A stretch of 64,000 nt of DNA from Clostridia bacterium (GCA_017536475.1 JAFXHH010000010.1:73517-137516); one strand, 5' to 3'. Shown: positions 9,331 to 17,647, counted from the stretch's first letter. Program-made: numbers and translations. Notes: a model not told the origin generated them from the letters alone.

Positions 9331-10215
9331 TTAATTCAGAAAATCTATACGTTCCGCTTGGTTCATTGGGAAAGCGGCGAGGCTCGTGCCGTCGAGGTCG
9401 GCGGATCTCATTTTTACGCCGCGGATATTGCGGCAGTCGTAGGTGGTGAAATAATAGGTCAGGGTCTCGGTGTCCATACAGGCGGTGTATTCGGTACGTA
9501 GCGTTCTTTCGTCGGCTTGGAACAGTCCCGCAGGCTGATTGACGGTACTCATAATGTGGAAGAATCGCGAGATCGTTTCGATCTCACCGTCGCACGTATC
9601 GGTGTGATCTTTGGCATTTATTGCTCTGACGAAGCGCGAGCTTGAGGAAAGATCGCCGAGCATTGGTCTGCCGCGTTCCTCGAAAACATAGCATTGAGTG
9701 GGGAATTCGGGAGCGTTGGTCAGCACGCAGTAGGGGTTGTCGTATATCTTCAATCCGTCCTCGACCGACTCTATGACGAAGGACGTTTTTCTGTCGCCCA
9801 CGAGCCAATGGAGAGGGGTTGACGGAAGGTCTTTGGAGAAGCTTTCTGGGGTTATATTGACGTTTTTCATGGCTTTTCTTGCGTCTTCTGCGGTCTCATA
9901 ATTGCAGAGCAGCCAAGGGATCAACTCAAAGGATGCGAGGTTATCCTTGTCCGATCTTGCTTCGTGATAGGTGGTGAGCTCGGGGAGACGGAGGGCTGCG
10001 GCGCACAGCCCCTTTTCGTTCATCGCGTCGTAGTAGAGGGGAGTGTTGTCGACTACGTGTGCCGCGCCGATGATTGCGTAATGCTTGCTTGCGCTTCCTT
10101 GATGCAAAAAATTAAAGGCAAAGCTGCGCGGAGTGATCACTACTTGTTCGCCGAAGGATCGCTCAACGTCCAAGGTTCTGCCGAAAAGTCTATTATCGTT
10201 TATTGCCGTACACAT
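9331..10215 (-). CDS. choloylglycine hydrolase family protein (bile salt hydrolase / penicillin V acylase-like Ntn hydrolase)
   Basis: The N-terminus MCTAI provides the Cys2 nucleophile, followed by FGRTLD. GGAG RBS is upstream. Confidence 0.8.
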   Translation of the reverse strand: MCTAINDNRLFGRTLDVERSFGEQVVITPRSFAFNFLHQGSASKHYAIIGAAHVVDNTPLYYDAMNEKGLCAAALRLPELTTYHEARSDKDNLASFELIPWLLCNYETAEDARKAMKNVNITPESFSKDLPSTPLHWLVGDRKTSFVIESVEDGLKIYDNPYCVLTNAPEFPTQCYVFEERGRPMLGDLSSSSRFVRAINAKDHTDTCDGEIETISRFFHIMSTVNQPAGLFQADERTLRTEYTACMDTETLTYYFTTYDCRNIRGVKMRSADLDGTSLAAFPMNQAERIDFLN

Positions 10216-10387
10216 AAAAACTCCTTTTTTATTTATTATGGACGGAGATCCTATAAAAAATTCAATAGGCTGTGGGCATAAACAAGGGGCTGCGTCATTT
10301 AGATGTAGAAGGTGTGATTTGGTTCTCGTCGGCGTACGAGGGTACGCCAGAGAGCCAAAGCGCGACTAAAAAGCCACATAAAATGGG

Positions 10388-10415
10388 GAAAACCGCCGAA
10401 AATTCGGCGGTTTTC
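10388..10415. terminator. stem-loop terminator, probably for the minus-strand antiporter gene
   Basis: gaaaaccgccgaa-aa-ttcggcggttttc forms the stem-loop, with short T-runs on both strands. Confidence 0.6.
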
Positions 10416-10526
10416 GTCATATCAAAAAACAAAAAACTATACTTTTAAGTTGTATTTTGTCTTTTCTTTCAAAAGTGGCTTTTGTTCTACGCTAAATGAA
10501 TCAGCCCCTTCTATAAAGATATTTAT

Positions 10527-11540
10527 TTATGCCAAAGCAAGCACGCCTACCTCGTTAAGCACGAGAAGGAGCATATACAAGACGTATATTGCAAGAAGTG
10601 CAAATCCTTGCCATTTTTTGAATCTGCCTTGAATGATGGTGGGTACGACTGCGACCGCACACGCGGCGATACAAACGGGGAAGTCGAAGACAAGGTTGAT
10701 CTTTTCAACGGGGAGTGCTTGTCCGTTTATTACAGAGCACAAGGGAAGAATGAGCGTCGTGTCGATAATGTTTGCACCGATGATGTTACCGACCGAGAGG
10801 GAATTTTCCTTCTTGCGAATGGCGGTAAGAGTGGTGACAAGCTCGGGAAGCGACGTTCCGAGGGCCATTACGGTAAATCCGATGATGGTTTCGCTGATAC
10901 CGATCTCCGTAGCGATCGTCTTGCCCGAGGAGACAAGAAATTCCGCACCGAAAATAATAAATGCAGTGCCGAGAACGAAAAAGAGGATCTTTGAAGGAAT
11001 TTCTTTTTTCTCGTGTGCGTCGATATAGTCTGATTCGGCGCCCTTTTTGCCTTCGATGACGTTGCTTACCATAAACACGATGAAGATCGTCCAAAGAATA
11101 AATGCAGACCAAACGGGGAGTGCTCCACTCAAAGAAAGAAGAGTAAGTCCTACGACTGCGGCGAGGAAAAGCCCACCCTTGATAGAGAAGTCTTTTCTTT
11201 TGATAACGCCCGCCATAGCTACCAGCGACACGCCCATAATTAGTGTCGTATTAGCGGTGACCGAGCCGATCGCGTTTCCGATGGCAAGCTGTGCCGAGCC
11301 GTTCATAGCGGCTCTTACCGAAACCAGCAATTCGGGGAGCGTCGTTGCAAAGGATACGATCGTTGCACCGACTACAAATTTGGGTATTCCAGTCGCTTCG
11401 GCAAACCACGATGCCGATTCAACGAACCAGTCGCCGCCCTTTATCGTGAGAATGAGACCTACGATGAAAATACCTGCCGCAACCGCCAGCAGAGCACCGC
11501 CCGTAAGCGAGCCGAAAAGAGTGAATCCGAAAAATTCCAT
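10527..11540 (-). CDS. Ca2+/Na+ antiporter (CaCA / YrbG family)
   Basis: It is polytopic with two alpha-repeat motifs (GATIVSFATTLPELLVS and ALGTSLPELVTT). I chose the ATG at 11540 with GGAGGA upstream; the longer ORF-track start has no RBS. Confidence 0.8.
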   Translation of the reverse strand: MEFFGFTLFGSLTGGALLAVAAGIFIVGLILTIKGGDWFVESASWFAEATGIPKFVVGATIVSFATTLPELLVSVRAAMNGSAQLAIGNAIGSVTANTTLIMGVSLVAMAGVIKRKDFSIKGGLFLAAVVGLTLLSLSGALPVWSAFILWTIFIVFMVSNVIEGKKGAESDYIDAHEKKEIPSKILFFVLGTAFIIFGAEFLVSSGKTIATEIGISETIIGFTVMALGTSLPELVTTLTAIRKKENSLSVGNIIGANIIDTTLILPLCSVINGQALPVEKINLVFDFPVCIAACAVAVVPTIIQGRFKKWQGFALLAIYVLYMLLLVLNEVGVLALA

Positions 11541-11706
11541 TTTTATTCCTCCAGATAACAAAAAACAAGCATAGCCATACTTGGTATTCCCAAAAACGCA
11601 CAGACTACACGCGGGGTGCAAATATAAAGACCCCTCAAATAGGCATTGTACCATAATTTTCGAATTTTGTCAATAGGTGTTGGAGGGTGAGTGGGGGAAA
11701 ACAGAG

Positions 11707-11730
11707 AAGGCACCCGAGTGGGTGCCTTTT
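11707..11730. terminator. stem-loop terminator downstream of the XRE/TPR gene
   Basis: aaggcaccc-gagt-gggtgcctttt forms the stem-loop. Confidence 0.65.
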
Positions 11731-11803
11731 GGTGATGATGGGGGGTGTGCTTGACCGCTATCTTCCAGGGCGCAACGCCATGCTTGCAAACGAAGCCTAT
11801 GTA

Positions 11804-12847
11804 TTATTTCCTCAATGCTTTCTTCTTTCGCTCTACGCCTATTACAGCGGAATCGTCATCTTTATAACCCCATTCGCTTTTGAGGCAAGCGATCAATCTG
11901 TCATAGGTTTCAATAGCCTTGTCAACATTATTCATGATGACATATATCGTTGCAATACCATCCAAGGCATCGGTAAATCTTGGCTTTTGATTGCTTCCCT
12001 TTTCCCATGACTGTTCATAGAACGCAATCGCCTTCTCATATTCGCATTTGCGAGCATGGTACTGCGCTGTTTCAAAGAGGAAACCAGCGTTATCCGAAAA
12101 CTCCGACAAGGCAGCATCCATAATACTGTCTGCTTTCTTTGCATCGAATTCCGCAAGCGCGATATACGCCTTGTATACAGGAATCAAGAAAGGTCTATGA
12201 GCAGGTAATAACGCGCACTTGTCCAAATATTCCTGCGCCTCACGGGTTCGGTGGTCGGCGATCAAATTGTCAATAAGATCATAGTAAGGCAGGGGTGTGT
12301 GGGGAATGACGGCATCGCTTTCGATTACCTTTTTGTAATAATCAATGACATCCGTATGGTTGGAACAATTCCAATCCCAAGCAACAGCCCCGTTTGATTT
12401 TTGCAGAAGCCATTGACAGTCCTTGATTTCGGGAGCAAGCAAAATCGCCTCACGGGCATATTTACTAACTTTGCTCAAATATGATTCTGCGCGATGATGA
12501 TAAAGTCTTGCAAGCAATGATAGAATTTTTCTCCTATCCTCTGACTCTTCAAGTTGAATTTTCAATATGTTTTCATATTCGAGAAACACGTCATCAGAAA
12601 GATTTTCCTCGACATCGAGTCTGTTTTCTATTCGTTGCAGTTTTTGATCTGTCGTCAAGTCAAAAAGCTCGTCGATGGTAACACCAAGCTCACTTGATAA
12701 GATTGGCAACAGCGTAATATCAGGCATTGTGACACCCGTTTCCCATTTTGATATAGATTGAGCGCTCACACCAATTTTTTCTCCGAGCTGCTCCTGTGTT
12801 GCTCCGATTTTTTGGCGCAATAGTTTGATTTTATTTCCAATATCCAT
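11804..12847 (-). CDS. XRE-family helix-turn-helix transcriptional regulator with a C-terminal TPR-like domain (RNPP-like architecture)
   Basis: The N-terminus IKLLRQKIGATQEQLGEKIGVSAQSISKWETG is a classic XRE HTH. The remaining ~280 aa are helical repeats. The ATG at 12847 is preceded by GGAGAA. Confidence 0.75.
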   Translation of the reverse strand: MDIGNKIKLLRQKIGATQEQLGEKIGVSAQSISKWETGVTMPDITLLPILSSELGVTIDELFDLTTDQKLQRIENRLDVEENLSDDVFLEYENILKIQLEESEDRRKILSLLARLYHHRAESYLSKVSKYAREAILLAPEIKDCQWLLQKSNGAVAWDWNCSNHTDVIDYYKKVIESDAVIPHTPLPYYDLIDNLIADHRTREAQEYLDKCALLPAHRPFLIPVYKAYIALAEFDAKKADSIMDAALSEFSDNAGFLFETAQYHARKCEYEKAIAFYEQSWEKGSNQKPRFTDALDGIATIYVIMNNVDKAIETYDRLIACLKSEWGYKDDDSAVIGVERKKKALRK

Positions 12848-13083
12848 ATACGATTCTCCTTCGGTTAGATAAAATTCATTTATCAAGTACTTGATGTCTT
12901 CATTATAGCATGAAAAGTAAAACAAATCAATAACGCATATTTCGTATCAATTCACCTATTGAGCGAAAAACGGGTAGTGTGGCGGTTCGAATCTGTCTAC
13001 AGACCAAAAATGCCCGAATGCATCTACAAAATTTCGAAAAACTTTAGAGTCGAAAAAAGCGGAGAACAAAGTGCGTTTAAGCG

Positions 13084-13301
13084 GTGAAGCAGCCAGATTG
13101 GAACTCTTTCCAAGCCGCAGGCGGCTTGGAGGTCTAGTTCAAGCGGCTGCGCCGTCCCAGCCACAAAAGAGGGGAGCGCACTAGCCAATGAGGTGTATTG
13201 GGAGAGTGAAGCAGCCAGATTTGAACTCTTTCCAAGCCGCGTGCGGCTTGGAGGTCTAGTTCAAGCGGCTGCGCCATCCCAGCCACAAAAGAGGGGAGCG
13301 C
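13084..13301. repeat. two 96-nt direct repeats (13084-13179 and 13206-13301, period 122 nt), each a long imperfect hairpin built from tRNA-Gln T-arm/acceptor-like fragments
   Basis: The copies differ at about 4 positions. Each contains ccagatt(t/g)gaact, identical to the tRNA-Gln T-arm as written on the + strand. Each also has an inner hairpin ccaagccgc-NNN-gcggcttgg, the inverted agttcaa, and gcc(a/g)tcccagccacaaaagaggggagcgc. Confidence 0.85.
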
Positions 13302-13332
13302 GTGCGCTCCCCTCTTTTGTGGCTGGGATGGC
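13273..13332. repeat. 60-nt near-perfect palindrome (29-nt arms) covering the tRNA-Gln 3' acceptor strand + CCA and its terminator stem
   Basis: gccatcccagccacaaaagaggggagcgc / gcgctcccctcttttgtggctgggatggc are exact reverse complements separated by 2 nt. Confidence 0.9.
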
Positions 13333-13394
13333 CAGATTTGAACTGACGAATGCTAGAGTCAAAGTCTAGTGCCTTACCGCTTGGCGACATCCCA
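13320..13394 (-). tRNA. tRNA-Gln (anticodon UUG), CCA encoded
   Basis: The minus strand reads TGGGATG TC GCC AAGCGGTAA GGC A CTAGA CTTTGAC TCTAG CATTC GTCAG TTCAAAT CTGGC CATCCCA G CCA. This is a full cloverleaf close to the E. coli tRNA-Gln layout. Confidence 0.92.
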
Positions 13395-13409
13395 ATATTC
13401 AACTATGTT

Positions 13410-13438
13410 ATTATATCAAAAAGCTTTCTCATTGTCAA
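13410..13438 (-). promoter_or_regulatory. sigma-A-type promoter for tRNA-Gln
   Basis: The minus strand reads TTGACA-17 nt-TATAAT, about 15 nt upstream of the tRNA 5' end. Confidence 0.7.
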
Positions 13439-13546
13439 GGGCTTTTTACGATTTTGAAAAAAGATTTGCTTCGATATCGTCAGGGAAAATGGCTTTATTG
13501 TCGAATAAAGCCATAAAAAGAATGCTTTAATTGTTTATATTGCATA

Positions 13547-13575
13547 TTGACAAACTTTGGTTGTGGGCATATAAT
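13547..13575 (+). promoter_or_regulatory. sigma-A-type promoter for the cation/proton antiporter gene
   Basis: TTGACA-17 nt-TATAAT. Confidence 0.65.
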
Positions 13576-13626
13576 TACAAGGTATGAAATAATGACAATT
13601 TTGATTGATCCAGAATGGAGATTTTT

Positions 13627-14970
13627 ATGAATACCACGGTTCAAATATTGCTCAGTCTGTCGGTCTGCGCGCTGGCGGGCTTGCTTATGTCACGTGTTTG
13701 CAAGCTTTTGAAGCTTCCTGCAGTCACGGGATATCTTATTGCGGGAATACTTGTCGGTTGCTTCTGCCTTGGCAGCTTTACTCTCCCCGGAGGCTATCAC
13801 CTAGGCTTTGGCGACAAGGATTTCAAGGACATTCACGCGCTTGGCATCGTTTGCGACATCGCGCTTGGATTTATCGCGTTTTCTATCGGCAGCGAATTCA
13901 AGCTTTCCGATCTGAAAAAGACGGGCAAGCAGGCGACGATAATCGGTATTTTGCAGGCGGTGGCGACCACGGCGGTCTGTATCGCCGTACTGTTCGGTCT
14001 GCACTACGTTCTGATCGCTGTGACGGGAAAGGACTATCTCCCGATCTCCGCGGTGCTCATCCTTTCGGCGATCGCGACGGCGACCGCACCTGCGGCGACC
14101 TTGATGGTCGTTCGTCAGTACAAGGCGAAGGGCCCCTTGACCGATCTGCTTCTTCCCATAGTTGCGCTTGACGACGCGGTTGGTCTCGTTATCTTCGCGG
14201 TACTCTTTGGAGTTGCCAAGGCGATCGACGGAGGAACGACGAACGTGACATCTATCGTCGTAGAGCCGCTTGTCGAGATAGTTGTATCTTTGCTCGTTGG
14301 CGCTTTGCTCGGCTTCGTTCTCTCGAAGCTTGAAAAGCTTTTCCATTCCAACAGTAACCGTTTGAGTCTGGTCATAACATTTGTTTTCGCGACGGTTGCG
14401 GTCACCGAGCTTGACAATCTTTCGATAAACGGAGTACATATCGGATTTTCCTCGCTTTTGACCTGTATGATGTGCGGAACGATATTCTGCAACGTCTGCG
14501 AATGCTCCGACGAGATGATGGCGAGAGCAGACGGCTGGACCAAGCCGCTTCTGATACTTTTCTTCGTTATCAGCGGTGCAGAGCTTGACCTGAGCGTATT
14601 TACACAGCCGATATTCGTGCTGATAGGTCTTATTTACATTATTGCGCGTTGTATCGGCAAGTATTTCGGTGCGATGAGCTCGGCTAAGATGACGAAATGC
14701 TCGCCCAATATAGTCAAATATCTCGGTATCACGCTGTTCCCCCAGGCGGGAGTTGCGCTTGGTATGGTGAGCACTGTCGCGGCGGATTCTGTCTTGAGTG
14801 CAGATATCGCGTCGGTAGTCCGTTTCGTCATTCTGTTCGCGGTTCTTGTTTACGAGATCGTCGGCCCTGTTATGACCAAGTGGGCACTGACAAAGGCGGG
14901 AGATATTACCGCGAAGCCTGAAAATTCGAGCAGACGACGCAAAAATCAGCTTCCCGAAGGTCAAGCCTGA
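13627..14970 (+). CDS. cation:proton antiporter (Na+/H+ exchanger family, CPA-type)
   Basis: It has about 12 TM segments and typical Na_H_Exchanger motifs (LPAVTGYLIAGILVG). GGAGA lies 5 nt before the ATG at 13627, and an alternative ATG is at 13615. Confidence 0.75.
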   Translation: MNTTVQILLSLSVCALAGLLMSRVCKLLKLPAVTGYLIAGILVGCFCLGSFTLPGGYHLGFGDKDFKDIHALGIVCDIALGFIAFSIGSEFKLSDLKKTGKQATIIGILQAVATTAVCIAVLFGLHYVLIAVTGKDYLPISAVLILSAIATATAPAATLMVVRQYKAKGPLTDLLLPIVALDDAVGLVIFAVLFGVAKAIDGGTTNVTSIVVEPLVEIVVSLLVGALLGFVLSKLEKLFHSNSNRLSLVITFVFATVAVTELDNLSINGVHIGFSSLLTCMMCGTIFCNVCECSDEMMARADGWTKPLLILFFVISGAELDLSVFTQPIFVLIGLIYIIARCIGKYFGAMSSAKMTKCSPNIVKYLGITLFPQAGVALGMVSTVAADSVLSADIASVVRFVILFAVLVYEIVGPVMTKWALTKAGDITAKPENSSRRRKNQLPEGQA

Positions 14971-15050
14971 AAAAATTTAATATCTGATGAATAAAGAAGC
15001 CATTGTGTGCAGATAATTCTTTCGTAAAGAAAAAGAAAGGACGTTACACA

Positions 15051-15671
15051 ATGGCTTCTACTAAAAAATTACTTATTTGCACCTTTTTGATCCTCACCTT
15101 AGCTCTTATTGCAGGGCTTTTTCCCGTACACGGAGAGGGGGAGATCTACGACACCGTCGTGCGCTTGCACGTGCTTGCCAATTCCGACAGCGACGAGGAC
15201 CAGGCGCTCAAGCTTTTAGTCCGCGACCGCATACTTGAGGTGGTTGGTCCCGCAGTGGAGAATTGCTCGTCGCAATCCGAGGCGATAGCCGCTATTGGAG
15301 GGATAATGGACGAGATCGAGCTCGCCGCCGAGGAGGTCGTGCGCGCTAAGGGATTTGACTACGACGTGACGGTCAGCATTGGAAAGGAATACTATCCGAC
15401 GAAGACCTACGAGAGCTGTGCGTTTCCCAAGGGTGAATACGTTTCCTTAAAGGTCTGTATAGGTGACGCCGAGGGGCAGAACTGGTGGTGCTGTCTTTTC
15501 CCGACGCTTTGTCTTTCGGCGGCAAGCGACGATTCATCAAAGTCGAACGAGGACGCGTTTGTGTCTGCGGGACTGACAAGCGAGCAATACAAGATAATTA
15601 CCGAAACCGGATCGACGAAATATAAAATAAGATTCAAGATACTTGAGACTATCGGGGGGCTTTTTAAGTGA
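15051..15671 (+). CDS. spoIIR: stage II sporulation protein R
   Basis: VVRLHVLANSDSDEDQALKLLVRDRILE and the WWCCLFP motif are typical of SpoIIR, and an N-terminal signal/anchor is present. Confidence 0.8.
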   Translation: MASTKKLLICTFLILTLALIAGLFPVHGEGEIYDTVVRLHVLANSDSDEDQALKLLVRDRILEVVGPAVENCSSQSEAIAAIGGIMDEIELAAEEVVRAKGFDYDVTVSIGKEYYPTKTYESCAFPKGEYVSLKVCIGDAEGQNWWCCLFPTLCLSAASDDSSKSNEDAFVSAGLTSEQYKIITETGSTKYKIRFKILETIGGLFK

Positions 15672-15679
15672 TTTTTCTG

Positions 15680-15708
15680 TTGACAAATTGAGGTAAATGA
15701 TATATAAT
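15680..15708 (+). promoter_or_regulatory. sigma-A-type promoter
   Basis: TTGACA-17 nt-TATAAT lies upstream of the 15755 ORF. Confidence 0.6.
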
Positions 15709-15754
15709 ATAAGGGAAGCGATTGCTTTAGACCTTATTTTGAAAGGAAACGGTA

Positions 15755-16078
15755 ATGAAAAGAACAACTAAAAACGTTTTCAGAATTATTATCAGTATCA
15801 TTTACATCATTTGGGGAATTATGGGGCCCATCTCGGCGATCAATGCGATCATCGCGCTCAACGTTCCCGCACTGATCTCGGCAACGGTCAGCGTTCTTAT
15901 GCTTCTTGCGGGTATTTTCGGCCTTATTGGCATGAAGAAGATCAAATGCAAGGTGTTTGGCGTGATCATTTTTGTGTTTGCCGCTATTGCGGTAGTTTCT
16001 GCCCTTATGGCAGGCGGTGGATTCGTAAATCCTCTGATCACCGCGGTTCTCGCGTGGCTCTTTATTGTTTGCGTCTGA
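15755..16078 (+). CDS. small integral membrane protein (107 aa, 3-4 TM), function unknown
   Basis: The ORF has an RBS (AAAGGAAA), its own promoter and terminator, and a hydrophobic profile. Confidence 0.5.
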   Translation: MKRTTKNVFRIIISIIYIIWGIMGPISAINAIIALNVPALISATVSVLMLLAGIFGLIGMKKIKCKVFGVIIFVFAAIAVVSALMAGGGFVNPLITAVLAWLFIVCV

Positions 16079-16092
16079 TAAATTGAAAACGC

Positions 16093-16131
16093 AACCGAGG
16101 CAACTCTCAATGAGTTGCCTCGGTTTTTTTT
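16093..16131 (+). terminator. rho-independent terminator
   Basis: aaccgaggcaactc-tcaat-gagttgcctcggtt is followed by T8. Confidence 0.85.
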
Positions 16132-16294
16132 GAGTTGCAGTTAAATATACTTAACCAAGTGGTGCTCTTTAAGCTTGTGTTAAACAAACTTAACGCAAAT
16201 CGACGAGAATAAGTTAATTATACTTAACTAAATTTTGCTATCCGTGTGTATCGTATTTTTTTGACAAGATGTCGGTTGCGAAACCTGATCGGTG

Positions 16295-16323
16295 TTGACA
16301 TCCACCTCAATTTATGATAAAAT
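16295..16323 (+). promoter_or_regulatory. sigma-A-type promoter for the U32 peptidase-uppP gene string
   Basis: TTGACA-17 nt-TAAAAT. Confidence 0.6.
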
Positions 16324-16363
16324 ATAGGTTGTATATATATGTTTACGTTTGGACGGTGCGGAA

Positions 16364-17647
16364 ATGAAAAATAACATAAAAAGACCCGAATTGCTCTCGC
16401 CCGCGGGCAATTTCGAAAAGCTGAAGGCGGCTTTGCTTTACGGCGCTGACGCTATATATTGCGCGGGGCAGAGCTTTGGTATGCGCTCGGCTGCCGACAA
16501 TTTTACGGTCGAGGAGCTTTACGAGGCGGTGAAATACACTCACGAGAGGGGCAAGAAGCTTTATCTGACGCTTAACACTATGCCTCACGGAAATGAATAC
16601 GATGACTTGCGTAAATTCCTTGCCGATATCAGCGGTGCGGAGATCGACGCGTTTATCGTTGCAGATCTTGGCGTTATGGCGACGGTCAGGGAGATCATGC
16701 CCGATGCGGAGATACATATCTCGACGCAGGCAAGCATAGTTTCGCCCGAGGCGGCAAAGGCTTACGCGGCGCTCGGTGCAAAGAGACTTGTGCTTGCGCG
16801 TGAGCTTTGCTTTGAGGAGATCAAGGCGATTCGCGACGCGCTTCCCGAGGACGTGGAGCTTGAGGCATTCGTGCACGGATCCATGTGTGTTTCTTATAGC
16901 GGCAGATGTATGCTTTCAAATCTTATGACGGGCAGAGATGCCAATCGCGGTAGGTGTACTCAGCCTTGCCGTTGGAATTACATAATTTATGAGGAAAAAC
17001 GCCCCGATCTGCCGATACCGATCGAGCAGACCGAGCTTGGCACGTTCATTATGTCGTCCAAGGATATGTGCACGATCGAGCACATTCCCGAGCTTATCGC
17101 TTGCGGGATTGATTCCTTCAAGATAGAGGGAAGAATGAAGAGCGCGTATTACACCTCCGTGGTCACGAACGCTTACAGAATGGCAATAGATGCTTATCTT
17201 GCCGATCCCGAGGGTTACGAGTTTGATCCTCTTTGGTACAATGAGCTTGAAAGCGTTTCGCACCGCGAGTATTGTACGGGCTATTATCTCGACGACCCGA
17301 TGGACAACGCACAGCTCGGCACGCAGACGGGATATATTCGCGACAAGGCATATTTTGCCACTGCGATCGATTATAATGAAGATGAGGCTTGCCGTATCGC
17401 GAGCCTTGGCGTTGCTCTTGAAAATGAGAACGGACGGCTTTACCGCTTCATTCAGCGCAACAAGGTCAAGATCTCAGACAGAGCAGAGATGATCTCGCCT
17501 ATGAAGGTGGGCAGGGGCTTTGAGGTTGGTGAGATCTATCTTACCGATGGCTCGGCTGCCGAGTCCGCGCCCCACCCCTCGATGATCTTCTGGTGCAGAG
17601 TGCCCTTTGAGGTCAAGGAAGGCGACATAATGCGCGGTGCGGAATAA
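16364..17647 (+). CDS. peptidase U32 family protein (collagenase-like)
   Basis: PELLSPAGNFEKLKAALLYGADAIY at the N-terminus and the E..VHG.MC motif region are present. I preferred the ATG at 16364 over the TTG at 16349. Confidence 0.8.
   Translation: MKNNIKRPELLSPAGNFEKLKAALLYGADAIYCAGQSFGMRSAADNFTVEELYEAVKYTHERGKKLYLTLNTMPHGNEYDDLRKFLADISGAEIDAFIVADLGVMATVREIMPDAEIHISTQASIVSPEAAKAYAALGAKRLVLARELCFEEIKAIRDALPEDVELEAFVHGSMCVSYSGRCMLSNLMTGRDANRGRCTQPCRWNYIIYEEKRPDLPIPIEQTELGTFIMSSKDMCTIEHIPELIACGIDSFKIEGRMKSAYYTSVVTNAYRMAIDAYLADPEGYEFDPLWYNELESVSHREYCTGYYLDDPMDNAQLGTQTGYIRDKAYFATAIDYNEDEACRIASLGVALENENGRLYRFIQRNKVKISDRAEMISPMKVGRGFEVGEIYLTDGSAAESAPHPSMIFWCRVPFEVKEGDIMRGAE

Noticed and set aside
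10216-10415. This interval could encode a known small RNA (SRP RNA, 6S, tmRNA or a riboswitch) between the hydrolase start and the terminator at 10388-10415.
   Set aside because: I could not find the conserved cores of any of these RNAs by eye. I keep it only as a low-interest hairpin observation.
12910-12933. Tiny ORFs could encode signalling pro-peptides for the XRE/TPR regulator. They are MKSKTNQ (12910-12933, plus strand) and MALRPGR (minus strand, downstream of the regulator).
   Set aside because: They are only 7 codons long with no RBS and no signal or hydrophobic segment. Known RNPP/Rgg pro-peptides are longer, so there is no support beyond proximity.
12981-13005. The segment ggcggttcgaatctgtctacagacca has a T-loop-like motif ending in CCA. 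It might be a tRNA fragment or att scar.
   Set aside because: The flanking bases cannot form a T-stem (GGCGG vs CTGTC) or an acceptor stem. It does not match either tRNA in the window, so GGTTCGAATC alone may be chance.
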